Shown one piece after another: positions 19,858 through 28,712 of a stretch of 64,000 nt of DNA. How positions within the stretch are numbered: position 1 is the first letter of the stretch; each line of letters opens with the position of its first letter. The DNA lies in contig CAVVLJ010000017.1 in the NCBI GenBank assembly GCA_963749075.1, forward strand, positions 96,001-160,000, given 5' to 3'. This stretch comes from an uncultured Pseudomonadota bacterium. GTDB taxonomy: Bacteria > Pseudomonadota > Alphaproteobacteria > JACZXZ01. A program made the position numbers and the translations under genes. The notes below the pieces were generated by a model that did not search any database, was not told the DNA's origin, and was given only the letters and a program-made list of their open reading frames with translations.

Positions 19858-22209
19858 ATGGCAAACGAGAGCAGCGACAAGCCCATGCCGGAGGCGGGAG
19901 GCGGCGCCGGCGAGCTGGTGCCCGCCCACCCGGAGCCGGGCGGAGTGGCGCTCGCCGACGCCAAGACGGCTGCCGTGGCCTTGCCCGAGGCGGCGGCAGG
20001 CGCTCCCGAGCCGGTGGAGGAGCTGCCCTGGATGCGCCCGGAGCCGCGCCTGCTGAGCTCCCGGGGCTTACTGCGGCTGTTGCGGCGGCGGCGGGTGATC
20101 ATTCTGGCCACGGCAGGGCTGGTGACCGTGCTCGCCGCCATCTACGCCTTCACCGCGACGGCGGTCTACCGTGCCGAGGCCAAGGTCATCATCGAGCCCG
20201 ACAAGAACGCGCCCGCCAACCTCCAGGGCCTGGTCCCGGGCGCGCAGCCCGATCTCACCGCCATCGACACCCAGGCGGCGGTCATCGCCTCCTCCGAGCT
20301 CGCCGCCAAGGCGGTCGAGCGGCTGCACCTCGCCGCCGACCCGCGCTTCAATCCGGCCCTCAGGAAGACGGGCGGCCTCCTAGGGGCCGCCGCCCGCGTC
20401 ATCGCCTGGCTCGAGGGCGGCGGCGGGAGCGCCGATTCTCCCGAGCTCGTCCGCGAGGCGGTGGTCAACAACTACCTCGCGGCGCTGCACGCCGTGCCGG
20501 ACGAGCGCTCGCGCGTCATCTCCGTGCTCTACAACTCCGCGAGCCCCGAATTGGCGGCGCGCGCCGCCAACACCGCGGCGGCGCTCTATGTCGAGCAGCC
20601 TCTCGCCGCCAGGGAGGCGGCCGAGGCGAAGAGCGCCGCGGCCGCCGGGCCCGGCCTCGCCGAGCTCGAGCAGCGGGTGGCGAAGGCCGAGCAGAAGCTC
20701 GCCGATTTCCAGCGCAGCGCCGCCAGCGCCCCGGTGGGCGGTACCGCCCTCTACGCCCAGCAGCTCGCGCGCGTCGACGACCAGCTCTCGCAAGTGCGCC
20801 TCGATCTGGCGGAAGCCAAGGCGCGCAGCGACCAGGCCCAGCAGATCCTCAATTCCCCCGACCGGGCCACGGCCTCCGACACCGCCATCGACACGCCGGC
20901 GGTGCAGGACCTGCGCCAGCAAGCGAGCAAGCTCGACGCCGAGCTCGCCCAGCTCCGGACCGAGTACCGCGACAGCTACCCCAAGGTGCAGGAGGCGCTT
21001 TCCCAGCAGAAAGACCTGCGCAACAAGATACGCGCCGAGCTCGCCCGCGCCGCGCAGGCGATCCGCAGCCAATACGATCTCGCCAAAGTGCGCGAGCAGA
21101 AGCTCGCGCAGGAAGAGGACCGCCTGCAAGGCCTGATGCGCCAGCAGCGCGACGCGGACGCCCAGAAGGCCGTGCTGCAGTCCGACGTGCAGACGAGCCG
21201 GGAGCTCTACCAGGCCATGCTGGCGCGCTTGAGCGGCGCGAAACCGGACGCCCAGACGACGGCGGCGCCGGTCGCGCGCGTGATCTCCCAGGCCTCCGTG
21301 CCGACCGTGCCCGCCTATCCGAAGAAGACCGAGATCGTCGGCATTGCCTTCATCCTCTCGCTCGTCCTCGGCCTCCTCGTGGCGCTCATCGCCGAGTATT
21401 TCGAGAGCGGCTTCCGCATGCGCTCCCAGCTCGAGGCGCGCACCGGGCTCGCCGTCCTCGGGCTCGTGCCGACCGTGCCGAAGTCGGGCAAGCACTCGGG
21501 ACCGCCTCACTTGTGGGCGCTCGCCGAGCCGAACTCGACCTATGGCGAGGCGATCCGCGCGCTGCGCTCGGCCCTCCTGCAGCCGCGCGGCGGCTACCGG
21601 CCGCGCGTCATCATGGTCACCTCCTCCGTGCCGGGCGAGGGCAAGACCTCGACCGCCGTCTCCATCGCCACCACGGCGGCGCGCGCCAAGCTCAGGACCG
21701 TCATCGTCGAGTGCGACGTGCTGCGGCCCTCGCTCTACAAGGCGCTCGAGTGCGCGATCGGCCCCGGTCTCGGCGACTATCTCGCGGGGCGGGCGACCAT
21801 CGAGGAGATCGTGCGCGTGGACCGCACCTCGGGCGCCCATTTCATCACCGCGGGCGAGCCCGTGCCGAACGCCAGCGACCTTCTCGACAGCGACGGCCTC
21901 AAGCTCCTGGTGAGCGGCATGCGCGAGGTCTACGACCTCGTCGTCATCGATTCGCCGCCCGTGCTCGCGGTCTCGGACACGGTCGTGGTGCAGCGCCTCG
22001 TCGACGAGACCATCTTCCTCGTGCGCTGGAAGAAGACGCCGCGCGAGATCGTCTATGCGGCACTGCGCCAGCTTGCCGAGAGCGGCGGCACCATCTCGGG
22101 CCTCGGGCTCACCCAGGTGGACATGCGCAAGCACGCGATCTACGAGTTCGGCAAGCACGCCGACAAATACTACAGCGCCTACCGCAGCTACCATTCCGAC
22201 GCCGCCTGA
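19858..22209 (+). CDS. Wzc/GumC/ExoP-type polysaccharide co-polymerase with tyrosine autokinase domain
   Basis: Two TM helices flanking a coiled coil, Walker A PGEGKTS, YDLVVIDSPP and a C-terminal Tyr cluster (KYYSAYRSY). Confidence 0.9.
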   Translation: MANESSDKPMPEAGGGAGELVPAHPEPGGVALADAKTAAVALPEAAAGAPEPVEELPWMRPEPRLLSSRGLLRLLRRRRVIILATAGLVTVLAAIYAFTATAVYRAEAKVIIEPDKNAPANLQGLVPGAQPDLTAIDTQAAVIASSELAAKAVERLHLAADPRFNPALRKTGGLLGAAARVIAWLEGGGGSADSPELVREAVVNNYLAALHAVPDERSRVISVLYNSASPELAARAANTAAALYVEQPLAAREAAEAKSAAAAGPGLAELEQRVAKAEQKLADFQRSAASAPVGGTALYAQQLARVDDQLSQVRLDLAEAKARSDQAQQILNSPDRATASDTAIDTPAVQDLRQQASKLDAELAQLRTEYRDSYPKVQEALSQQKDLRNKIRAELARAAQAIRSQYDLAKVREQKLAQEEDRLQGLMRQQRDADAQKAVLQSDVQTSRELYQAMLARLSGAKPDAQTTAAPVARVISQASVPTVPAYPKKTEIVGIAFILSLVLGLLVALIAEYFESGFRMRSQLEARTGLAVLGLVPTVPKSGKHSGPPHLWALAEPNSTYGEAIRALRSALLQPRGGYRPRVIMVTSSVPGEGKTSTAVSIATTAARAKLRTVIVECDVLRPSLYKALECAIGPGLGDYLAGRATIEEIVRVDRTSGAHFITAGEPVPNASDLLDSDGLKLLVSGMREVYDLVVIDSPPVLAVSDTVVVQRLVDETIFLVRWKKTPREIVYAALRQLAESGGTISGLGLTQVDMRKHAIYEFGKHADKYYSAYRSYHSDAA

Positions 22210-22263
22210 GCGCCCCGCGGCGCCGATCTCCGTCCAGCAGCTCTGCCGCCAAGGAGCCGGACC

Positions 22264-23241
22264 ATGAGCTCGCAGCCCCAGCTCCTCTATCTCTCCCACG
22301 CAAGCGTGAGGGAGAGCGGCCTCTCGCTCGCCGAGGTCGAGGCGGCGGTCGAGGGGGCGTTCCGCGCGAAGGCGGCGGGAGATGCCACGCTGCCGCCCAA
22401 GACGGGCTTCCATCCGACGCCGGCGAGCGCCTTCTTCTATCCCATGCCCGGAGCGCTCCACAGCCCGCCGGTGGCCGGACTCAAATGGGTCTCGGTGGGA
22501 AACGGCAACGCGGCCCTCGGGCTGCCGAGCATCACGGGCATCGTCGTGCTTGCCGACCTCGCGACGGGCGTGCCGACGGCGATCGTCGAGGGCGGCTGGA
22601 TCACCGAGGTGCGCACGGCGGCCGTGAGCGCCCTTGCGGCGCGTGAGCTCGCCCGCAAGGCGGCGCGGCGCATCGGCTTCGTCGCCTGCGGCGTCCAGGC
22701 GCGCAGCCATTTTGCCGCACTCAAGCGGCACTTCACGCTGGACGAGGCCGTGGCCTATAGCCGCAGCCGTGCCACCGCCGAGGCCTTCGCGGCCGAGCTC
22801 GCGGCGCAAGGCATCGCCGCGCGCGCGGCCCGCGACCCGCGCCAGGCCGTCGCCGGCATGGACATCGTGGTGACGAGCGTGCCGCCCAAGCCGGGACCGC
22901 ACGGTTTCCTCGACGCGGACTGGCTCGAGCCCGGTGCCTTCGCCTCCCTCGTCGACCTCGGCCGCTCGTGGCAGGCGGACGGCTTTCAGCGCCTGGACCG
23001 CATCGTCACCGACGACGTTCCTCAGGCCGAGAGCGTCGCCAAGGCGAGTGCCCTGCCCTTTGCCGGGCCGTTCGATGCCGAGCTCGGCGAGATTCTCGCG
23101 GGCCGGGCGCCCGCGCGCGAGGACGATGACGAGCGCATCGTGTTCATCGGCCACGGCATCGCCCTCGCCGACCTGGCGCTCGCGCACGCCATCCGCGAGC
23201 GCGCCATCGCCCGCGATCTCGGCGTGTGGCTGCCGCTCTGA
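22264..23241 (+). CDS. Ornithine cyclodeaminase/mu-crystallin family protein
   Basis: ITEVRTAAVS, ACGVQARSH and GIALADLA motifs. AAGGAG RBS. Confidence 0.88.
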   Translation: MSSQPQLLYLSHASVRESGLSLAEVEAAVEGAFRAKAAGDATLPPKTGFHPTPASAFFYPMPGALHSPPVAGLKWVSVGNGNAALGLPSITGIVVLADLATGVPTAIVEGGWITEVRTAAVSALAARELARKAARRIGFVACGVQARSHFAALKRHFTLDEAVAYSRSRATAEAFAAELAAQGIAARAARDPRQAVAGMDIVVTSVPPKPGPHGFLDADWLEPGAFASLVDLGRSWQADGFQRLDRIVTDDVPQAESVAKASALPFAGPFDAELGEILAGRAPAREDDDERIVFIGHGIALADLALAHAIRERAIARDLGVWLPL

Positions 23242-23342
23242 GCGTCCCGGCCGGCCGCAGCCGATCGCAAACGCCGCTCCCAAAGGCCGCAGCGATGAAG
23301 TAATCTCCCGCGCGCTCCTTGGGCCGCGCGCGGAGACGGGCC

Positions 23343-24314
23343 ATGAACGACGACCGGCCGCCCCAGGCCGCGGGTTGGCAGCTTCCCTCGCCCGGCCGGC
23401 CGAGGGTGGCGGTGCTCGTCCCCTGCCTCGACGAGGCGCGTGCCATCGCCGCGGTCGTCTTAGGCTTCCGCGCGGCGCTGCCCGAGGCGGCCGTCTATGT
23501 CTACGACAACGGTTCGGCGGACGCTACGGCGGCCCTGGCCACGGCAGCGGGCGCCCTGGTCAGGAGCGAGCCGCGGCGCGGCAAGGGCAACGTCGTGCGC
23601 CGCATGTTCGCCGACGTGGAGGCCGAGGTCTATGTGCTGGTCGACGGCGACGGCACCTATGACGCACCCTCGGCGCCGGCGATGATCGCGGAATTGCTGG
23701 CGGCGCAGCTCGACATGGTCGTGGGCTCCCGCCTGTCGCGCGAGAGCGACGCCTATCGGGCGGGCCACCGCTTCGGCAACAGAGCGCTCACCCGGGTCGT
23801 GGCGGCTCTTTTCGGCACCGGCTTCGACGACGTGCTGTCGGGCTACCGGGTGCTCTCGCGGCGCTTCGTCAAGTCCTTTCCGGCGCTGAGCCACGGCTTC
23901 GAGATCGAAGCCGAGCTCGCCATCCACGCCCTCGCGCTCGGCATGCCGACCGCGGAGATGCCGACGCCCTATGGCGCGCGGCCCGCCGGCTCCGCGAGCA
24001 AGCTCAGGACCTACCGCGACGGCGCGCGCATCCTCCTCGCCATTCTCCGCCTGGTCAAGGAGGAGCGCCCGCTGCTTTTCTTCTCGAGCGTTTGCGCGCT
24101 GCTTGCGGCGGCCTCGCTGGTCATCGCCTATCCCCTCGCCGCGACCTATCTCGAGACCGGCCTGGTGCCGCGCATCCCCACGGCGGTGCTGTGCACGGGG
24201 CTGATGATCCTCGCCTTCTTGAGCCTCGCCTGCGGCTTCATCCTCGACACGGTCACGCGCGGCCGGCGCGAGATGAAGCGCCTCGCCTATCTGGCAAATC
24301 CCCCGGCCGGGTGA
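23343..24314 (+). CDS. Glycosyltransferase family 2 (GtrB/DPM1-like) with two C-terminal TM helices
   Basis: VLVPCLDE, YDNGS, GKGNVV, DGDGTYD and GFEIEAE motifs. Confidence 0.92.
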   Translation: MNDDRPPQAAGWQLPSPGRPRVAVLVPCLDEARAIAAVVLGFRAALPEAAVYVYDNGSADATAALATAAGALVRSEPRRGKGNVVRRMFADVEAEVYVLVDGDGTYDAPSAPAMIAELLAAQLDMVVGSRLSRESDAYRAGHRFGNRALTRVVAALFGTGFDDVLSGYRVLSRRFVKSFPALSHGFEIEAELAIHALALGMPTAEMPTPYGARPAGSASKLRTYRDGARILLAILRLVKEERPLLFFSSVCALLAAASLVIAYPLAATYLETGLVPRIPTAVLCTGLMILAFLSLACGFILDTVTRGRREMKRLAYLANPPAG

Positions 24315-24327
24315 AGCTGTGCGGCGC

Positions 24328-24969
24328 TCAGGCCGCGGGCGCCTGCCGGAGGCGCGCCGCGGCCAGCCAGCCGGCCAGGAGAACGAGGAGGCACGCGGGC
24401 ACCGCCAGCGGGACGCGAAGGCCGTCGAAGACGGCGACCTCGAGTGCTGCACCCGAGCCGTAGCAGAGCCAGGTCACGACGAAGATGAGCCGCGGCGGCG
24501 CTCCCGCCGGCGTTTCCGTAGCACCCCGCCGCGGCCACAGCCCGTCGACGAGGCCGCTCGCGAGGCGGCAAACGGTCGAGGTGATGACCACCGTGTTGAG
24601 GCTCGTGCCGGCGAATAGGGTGAAGCTCGCCCCCTGCATCCCCATGCCGATGGCGAGGACCGCGAGCTCGGCCGGTGCTGCGAGCGGCCAGAACGACGCG
24701 AACAGCAGCAGGGCCGCCTGGGCGAGGAGCGGCAGCCAGTCCGCCCGCGCAAGCGCCCGCTTGAGAAGGCTCGCGGCAAGCGCACCCGCGAAGAAGGCGG
24801 CAAGGGTGAGCGCATAGATGGCCGCACGCCGCCAGGCGCCCTCGGCCAGCACGATCGCCAGCAGAACCGTATTGCCCGTCATGTTGGCGGCGAATACGCT
24901 GCCGAGCCTGAGATAGCCCAGCGCATCGACGTAGCCCGCAATGGCGCAAAGGAGTGCCGCTTGCCACAT
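24328..24969 (-). CDS. YoaK/DUF1275 family membrane protein
   Basis: AGYVDALG, FAANMTGN and MGMQ motifs. Confidence 0.85.
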   Translation of the reverse strand: MWQAALLCAIAGYVDALGYLRLGSVFAANMTGNTVLLAIVLAEGAWRRAAIYALTLAAFFAGALAASLLKRALARADWLPLLAQAALLLFASFWPLAAPAELAVLAIGMGMQGASFTLFAGTSLNTVVITSTVCRLASGLVDGLWPRRGATETPAGAPPRLIFVVTWLCYGSGAALEVAVFDGLRVPLAVPACLLVLLAGWLAAARLRQAPAA

Positions 24970-25061
24970 GGTGCCCGATTGACCGTCTCCGCCTCTCCGT
25001 CTCCGCCTCTAGCATTTCAGGCGCGGCATTGTCACCTCCGCGATTTGCCGGGGACGCCGCG

Positions 25062-25883
25062 ATGAGGCACGTCCGGGCACGGCTGGCCGCGCTCGCGATC
25101 GCGCTCTCGCTCGCCCCGGGGCTCTCGGTGGGGATCGCCACGGACGCCCGCGCGGAGGCCGGCCTCCGCGGCTATCCCTGGAGCGCCATCGGCCGGCTCG
25201 ACCGCGCGATCGGCGGCTATTGCACGGGCGTGCTGATCGGCCGGCGCGTGGTGCTGACGGCGGCCCATTGCCTCTTCGACCGCTTCGCACGGCGCTGGGT
25301 GGCACCGACCTCGCTCGTCTTCACGCCGGGGCTCGGCACGCCCTTCCGCGGGCCGCGCGCGATCGGGCGGGATTATATCGTGGGGCCGGGGTTCAATCCG
25401 CTGGTGCGGCCGAGCCCCGGGTCGGAGGGCAGCGACGTGGCCCTGCTGCTGCTCGCCGAGGGGATCGGCGACGAGGCCGGCTTCCTCTCCTGGCTGCCGG
25501 GCCCGGAAGCCGCGACGGCGCTCGTCGGTCCCGCGGGGGCGGCGCTCGTCGAGGCGGGATATGCGCGCAACCACGCGGGAAACCTCACCGTGCGCTCGAA
25601 TTGCCGGGTGCTCGACTATCGCCGCGGCGAGAGCCTCTTCCTCCATGACTGCGTCTCGCTCAAGGGCGAGTCGGGAGCGCCGGTGCTGGCGCTCCTGGGC
25701 GGGCAATACCGCGTCATCGGCATCGAGATCGGCATCGCCCACGGCGTGCACGACGAATGGGGTGCCGCGGCGACGCTCGAGGCGCTCGCGCGCATGCTCC
25801 CCGACCGCAGCGGCCGCCTGGGGCCTCCCTCCGATCTGGAGGTCTGGGGAGATCCGCGGCGGCGCATCCCGCCGGCGCGATAG
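25062..25883 (+). CDS. Secreted trypsin-like serine protease
   Basis: Signal peptide, CTGVLIG, LTAAHC, DVALL and GESGAP (catalytic His-Asp-Ser). Confidence 0.85.
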   Translation: MRHVRARLAALAIALSLAPGLSVGIATDARAEAGLRGYPWSAIGRLDRAIGGYCTGVLIGRRVVLTAAHCLFDRFARRWVAPTSLVFTPGLGTPFRGPRAIGRDYIVGPGFNPLVRPSPGSEGSDVALLLLAEGIGDEAGFLSWLPGPEAATALVGPAGAALVEAGYARNHAGNLTVRSNCRVLDYRRGESLFLHDCVSLKGESGAPVLALLGGQYRVIGIEIGIAHGVHDEWGAAATLEALARMLPDRSGRLGPPSDLEVWGDPRRRIPPAR

Positions 25884-25889
25884 CGCGCC

Positions 25890-27725
25890 TCAATCGGGCG
25901 CGAAGTCGCCCTTGTAGTCGCGCTTGAGCGCCGGGTCCTGCTCGCCCTTCGCGAGATAGAGGTTGCCGATGGCGAGCGCCTCGAGCCCGGTGCCCATGAA
26001 GCAGCGGAAGGCATCCTCGGGCGTTGCGACGATCGGCTCGCCGCGCACGTTGAAGCTCGTATTGACCAGCACGGGGCAGCCCGTCCTCGCCTTGAAGGCC
26101 TTAAGGAGCGCCTGGAAGCGCGGGTTGGTCTCGCCGTGCACGGTCTGGATGCGCGCCGAGTAGTCGACATGGGTCACGGCCGGAATGTCGGAGCGCGGCA
26201 CCTTGAGCTTCTCGATGCCGAAGAGGGCCGCCTCCTCAGCCGTCATGGCCCGGCGCCGCCGCTCGGCCACGTCCGCCACCAGCAGCATGTAGGGGCTGTC
26301 TCCCTCGAGCTCGAACCAGTCGGCGGCATCCTCGCGCAGCACCGCGGGTGCGAAGGGGCGGAAGGATTCCCGGTACTTGACCTTGAGGTTGAGCGCCGAT
26401 TGCATGGCGGGCGAGCGCGCGTCAGCTAAGATCGAGCGGTTGCCGAGCGCGCGCGGGCCGAATTCCATGCGGCCCTGGAACCAGCCGAGCGCCTTGCCTT
26501 GGGCGAGATCGTCGACCGCGCGCGCGAAGAGGCCGCTGTCGTCGAGCTGCGCGAAGCGGGCGCCGGCGCGCTTCAGTCGCCCGGCGCTCTCCTCGTCCGC
26601 AAAGGCGGGGCCGAGATAGGAGCCGCTCATGCCGTCGAGCCGGTTGGCAATGTCGCGCGCTCCACCCTTGTGGATGTGATAGGCGGCGAGTGCAGCGCCG
26701 AGGGCGCCGCCGGCGTCGCCCGCCGCAGGCTGCACCCAGATGCGCTTGAACTTGCCGTCGCGCTTTAGCTTGCCGTTGGCGACGCAATTGAGGGCGACGC
26801 CGCCGGCAAGGCAGAGGTTCGCAGCACCCGTCTCGGCCGCGAGCGAGCGCGTGAGCCGCAGCACCGCCTCCTCGGTCACCGCCTGCACCGAGGCTGCGAG
26901 GTCCATGTGGCGCCGCTCGAGCGGCTCGTGGGGCTTGCGCGGCGGCCCGCCGAAGAGCGCATCGAAGCGCGGGCCCGTCATGCGGAGGCCGGTGCAATAG
27001 TCGAAGTAGGACTGGTCGAGCCGGAAGGTGCCGTCCGGCTTGAGGTCCATGAGGTACTCGAGAATCAGGCCCGCGTACTTCGGCTCGCCGTAGGGTGCCA
27101 GGCCCATCACCTTGTACTCGCCCGAGTTCACCTTGAAGCCGGTGTAATAGGTGAAGGCGGAATAGAGCAGGCCGAGCGAGTGGGGAAAGTGGATCTCCTT
27201 GATGGTCTCGAGCCGGTTGCCGTGGCCGAGCGCCACCGAAGTCGTGGCCCACTCCCCCACCCCGTCCATGGTGAGGACCGCCGCCTCGGCGAAGGGCGAG
27301 GGGAAGAAGGCCGAGGCCGCGTGGCTCTGGTGATGCTCGCCGAAGAGCAGCCTCGCCGGCCAGTCGCAGCCGGGGGCCAGCTTGGCGAGCTCGTCGCGCA
27401 GCAGCTGCTTCTGGAAGAGCTTCTCGCGCAGCCACAGCGGGATCGCCATGCGAAAGGAGCGGAAGCCGCGGGGGGCCAGCGCGAGATAGGTCTCGAGCAG
27501 GCGCTCGAACTTGAGGAAGGGTTTGTCGTAGAAGACCACGTGGTCGACCGCGTCGAGTGCTATGCCGCCGGCAGCGAGGCAATAGGCGAGCGCCGCGCGC
27601 GGGAAGCGGGCGTCGTGCTTGACGCGCGAGAAGCGCTCCTCCTGGGCCGCCGCCACGATGCGGCCGTCCTCGACGAGGGCGGCGGCGCTGTCGTGATAGA
27701 AGGCCGAGATGCCGAGGATGCGCAA
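25890..27725 (-). CDS. O-carbamoyltransferase (NodU/CmcH/SxtI family)
   Basis: ILGISAFYHDSAA, EERFSRVKHD, HHQSHAAS, GRMEFGPRALGNRS and NTSFNVRGEP motifs. Confidence 0.95.
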   Translation of the reverse strand: MRILGISAFYHDSAAALVEDGRIVAAAQEERFSRVKHDARFPRAALAYCLAAGGIALDAVDHVVFYDKPFLKFERLLETYLALAPRGFRSFRMAIPLWLREKLFQKQLLRDELAKLAPGCDWPARLLFGEHHQSHAASAFFPSPFAEAAVLTMDGVGEWATTSVALGHGNRLETIKEIHFPHSLGLLYSAFTYYTGFKVNSGEYKVMGLAPYGEPKYAGLILEYLMDLKPDGTFRLDQSYFDYCTGLRMTGPRFDALFGGPPRKPHEPLERRHMDLAASVQAVTEEAVLRLTRSLAAETGAANLCLAGGVALNCVANGKLKRDGKFKRIWVQPAAGDAGGALGAALAAYHIHKGGARDIANRLDGMSGSYLGPAFADEESAGRLKRAGARFAQLDDSGLFARAVDDLAQGKALGWFQGRMEFGPRALGNRSILADARSPAMQSALNLKVKYRESFRPFAPAVLREDAADWFELEGDSPYMLLVADVAERRRRAMTAEEAALFGIEKLKVPRSDIPAVTHVDYSARIQTVHGETNPRFQALLKAFKARTGCPVLVNTSFNVRGEPIVATPEDAFRCFMGTGLEALAIGNLYLAKGEQDPALKRDYKGDFAPD

Positions 27726-27739
27726 GGAAGAGCCGCCGC

Positions 27740-27892
27740 TCAGAAGATGGCGTAGACGAAGGGCGCCACCACGCTGCCCTTGGTCAGCAGGATGAGCGAG
27801 CCCATGAGCACCATCATGATGAAGATGGGCAGCAGCCAGTACTTCTTGCGCACCCTGAGGAACGTCCAGAACTCGCCGAGGATCGACAGCAT
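27740..27892 (-). CDS. Small membrane protein, DUF5989/SxtK-like (not in ORF track)
   Basis: Manual translation gives MLSILGEFWTFLRVRKKYWLLPIFIMMVLMGSLILLTKGSVVAPFVYAIF (50 aa). Confidence 0.85.
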   Translation of the reverse strand: MLSILGEFWTFLRVRKKYWLLPIFIMMVLMGSLILLTKGSVVAPFVYAIF

Positions 27893-27900
27893 GGGCGGAT

Positions 27901-28338
27901 TCAGAACTGGTTCTTCATCGATTCGGGCGGCGGTCCGGGCGGCTCGCGCATGATCCAGTAGCTCGCCGCGTCAGGCTCGCAGCGCAGCCTCAGCGGATCC
28001 TTGCCGCAGGCGCGCATGAGGAGCCCGAGCGGCGTCATGACCGCGTAGAAGAGGAGGGCCAGGGCGAGCGGGCTCGTCACGCGGTAGAGCAGGAGCCCAA
28101 GCTTGAGCCACAGGCGGTTGAGCGGGCGCAGCGCCGCCGGCCACAGCAGCGCCAGCGCCACCAGCAGGGCGGAAAGTGCCAGCGCCCACCAGCGCACGCC
28201 GGCCCCCTCCCTCCTCAAGAGCGGCGCCAGCGCCACGACCGCCAAGGCGCCGGCCATGACCAGGCCGAAGACGCGGTCGGACGACCCCTTGACCTCCTCC
28301 TCGCGCGCGAAATCCTCGTGCATGCCGCGGTCTCCCAT
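27901..28338 (-). CDS. SxtJ-family membrane protein
   Basis: SDRVFG, LRPLNRLWLKLG, TPLGLLMR..GKDPL, SYWI and C-terminal MKNQF. Confidence 0.85.
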   Translation of the reverse strand: MGDRGMHEDFAREEEVKGSSDRVFGLVMAGALAVVALAPLLRREGAGVRWWALALSALLVALALLWPAALRPLNRLWLKLGLLLYRVTSPLALALLFYAVMTPLGLLMRACGKDPLRLRCEPDAASYWIMREPPGPPPESMKNQF

Positions 28339-28415
28339 CGACCCGTCGCCGGGGACCCGCAACCTAGCCCGTTCATAGGGTTGACGAAAGCAAAAGCTGG
28401 CGCGTCGGCAGAGCG

Positions 28416-28637
28416 TCACTGCAGGGGAACGGCGGGCCTGTCGCCCTTGGGAAAGCATTGCACGATCGTCACGAAATTGCCGCCCAGGCGATATTTGGGG
28501 ATCTGCGCGACCACCGCGCGCTGCGCCGTCTGGCAGGCGTCCAAGCTATTGAACTCGGTCGAGAGGGCGGCACCTCCGCCGCCGTTGCCGCCGAGCCCGC
28601 CGGCCAGAATGACGATCAAGACGTAGAGTCCGGACAT
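28416..28637 (-). CDS. Small hypothetical protein (hydrophobic N-terminus, two Cys)
   Basis: GGGAGAGAG RBS. FNSLDACQTA...VQCFP pattern. Confidence 0.6.
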   Translation of the reverse strand: MSGLYVLIVILAGGLGGNGGGGAALSTEFNSLDACQTAQRAVVAQIPKYRLGGNFVTIVQCFPKGDRPAVPLQ

Positions 28638-28712
28638 AACTCTCTCCCTTGGCTCTCCCTTGGCGACGGCGCCGGCTCGGCAGGCATCGATTCTCGGCGG
28701 CGGCCAGGCACC

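Noticed and set aside
25890-28338. Saxitoxin or Nod-factor biosynthetic cluster
   Set aside because: Only the carbamoyltransferase trio is present; no sxtA/sxtG or nodABC-like genes were seen.
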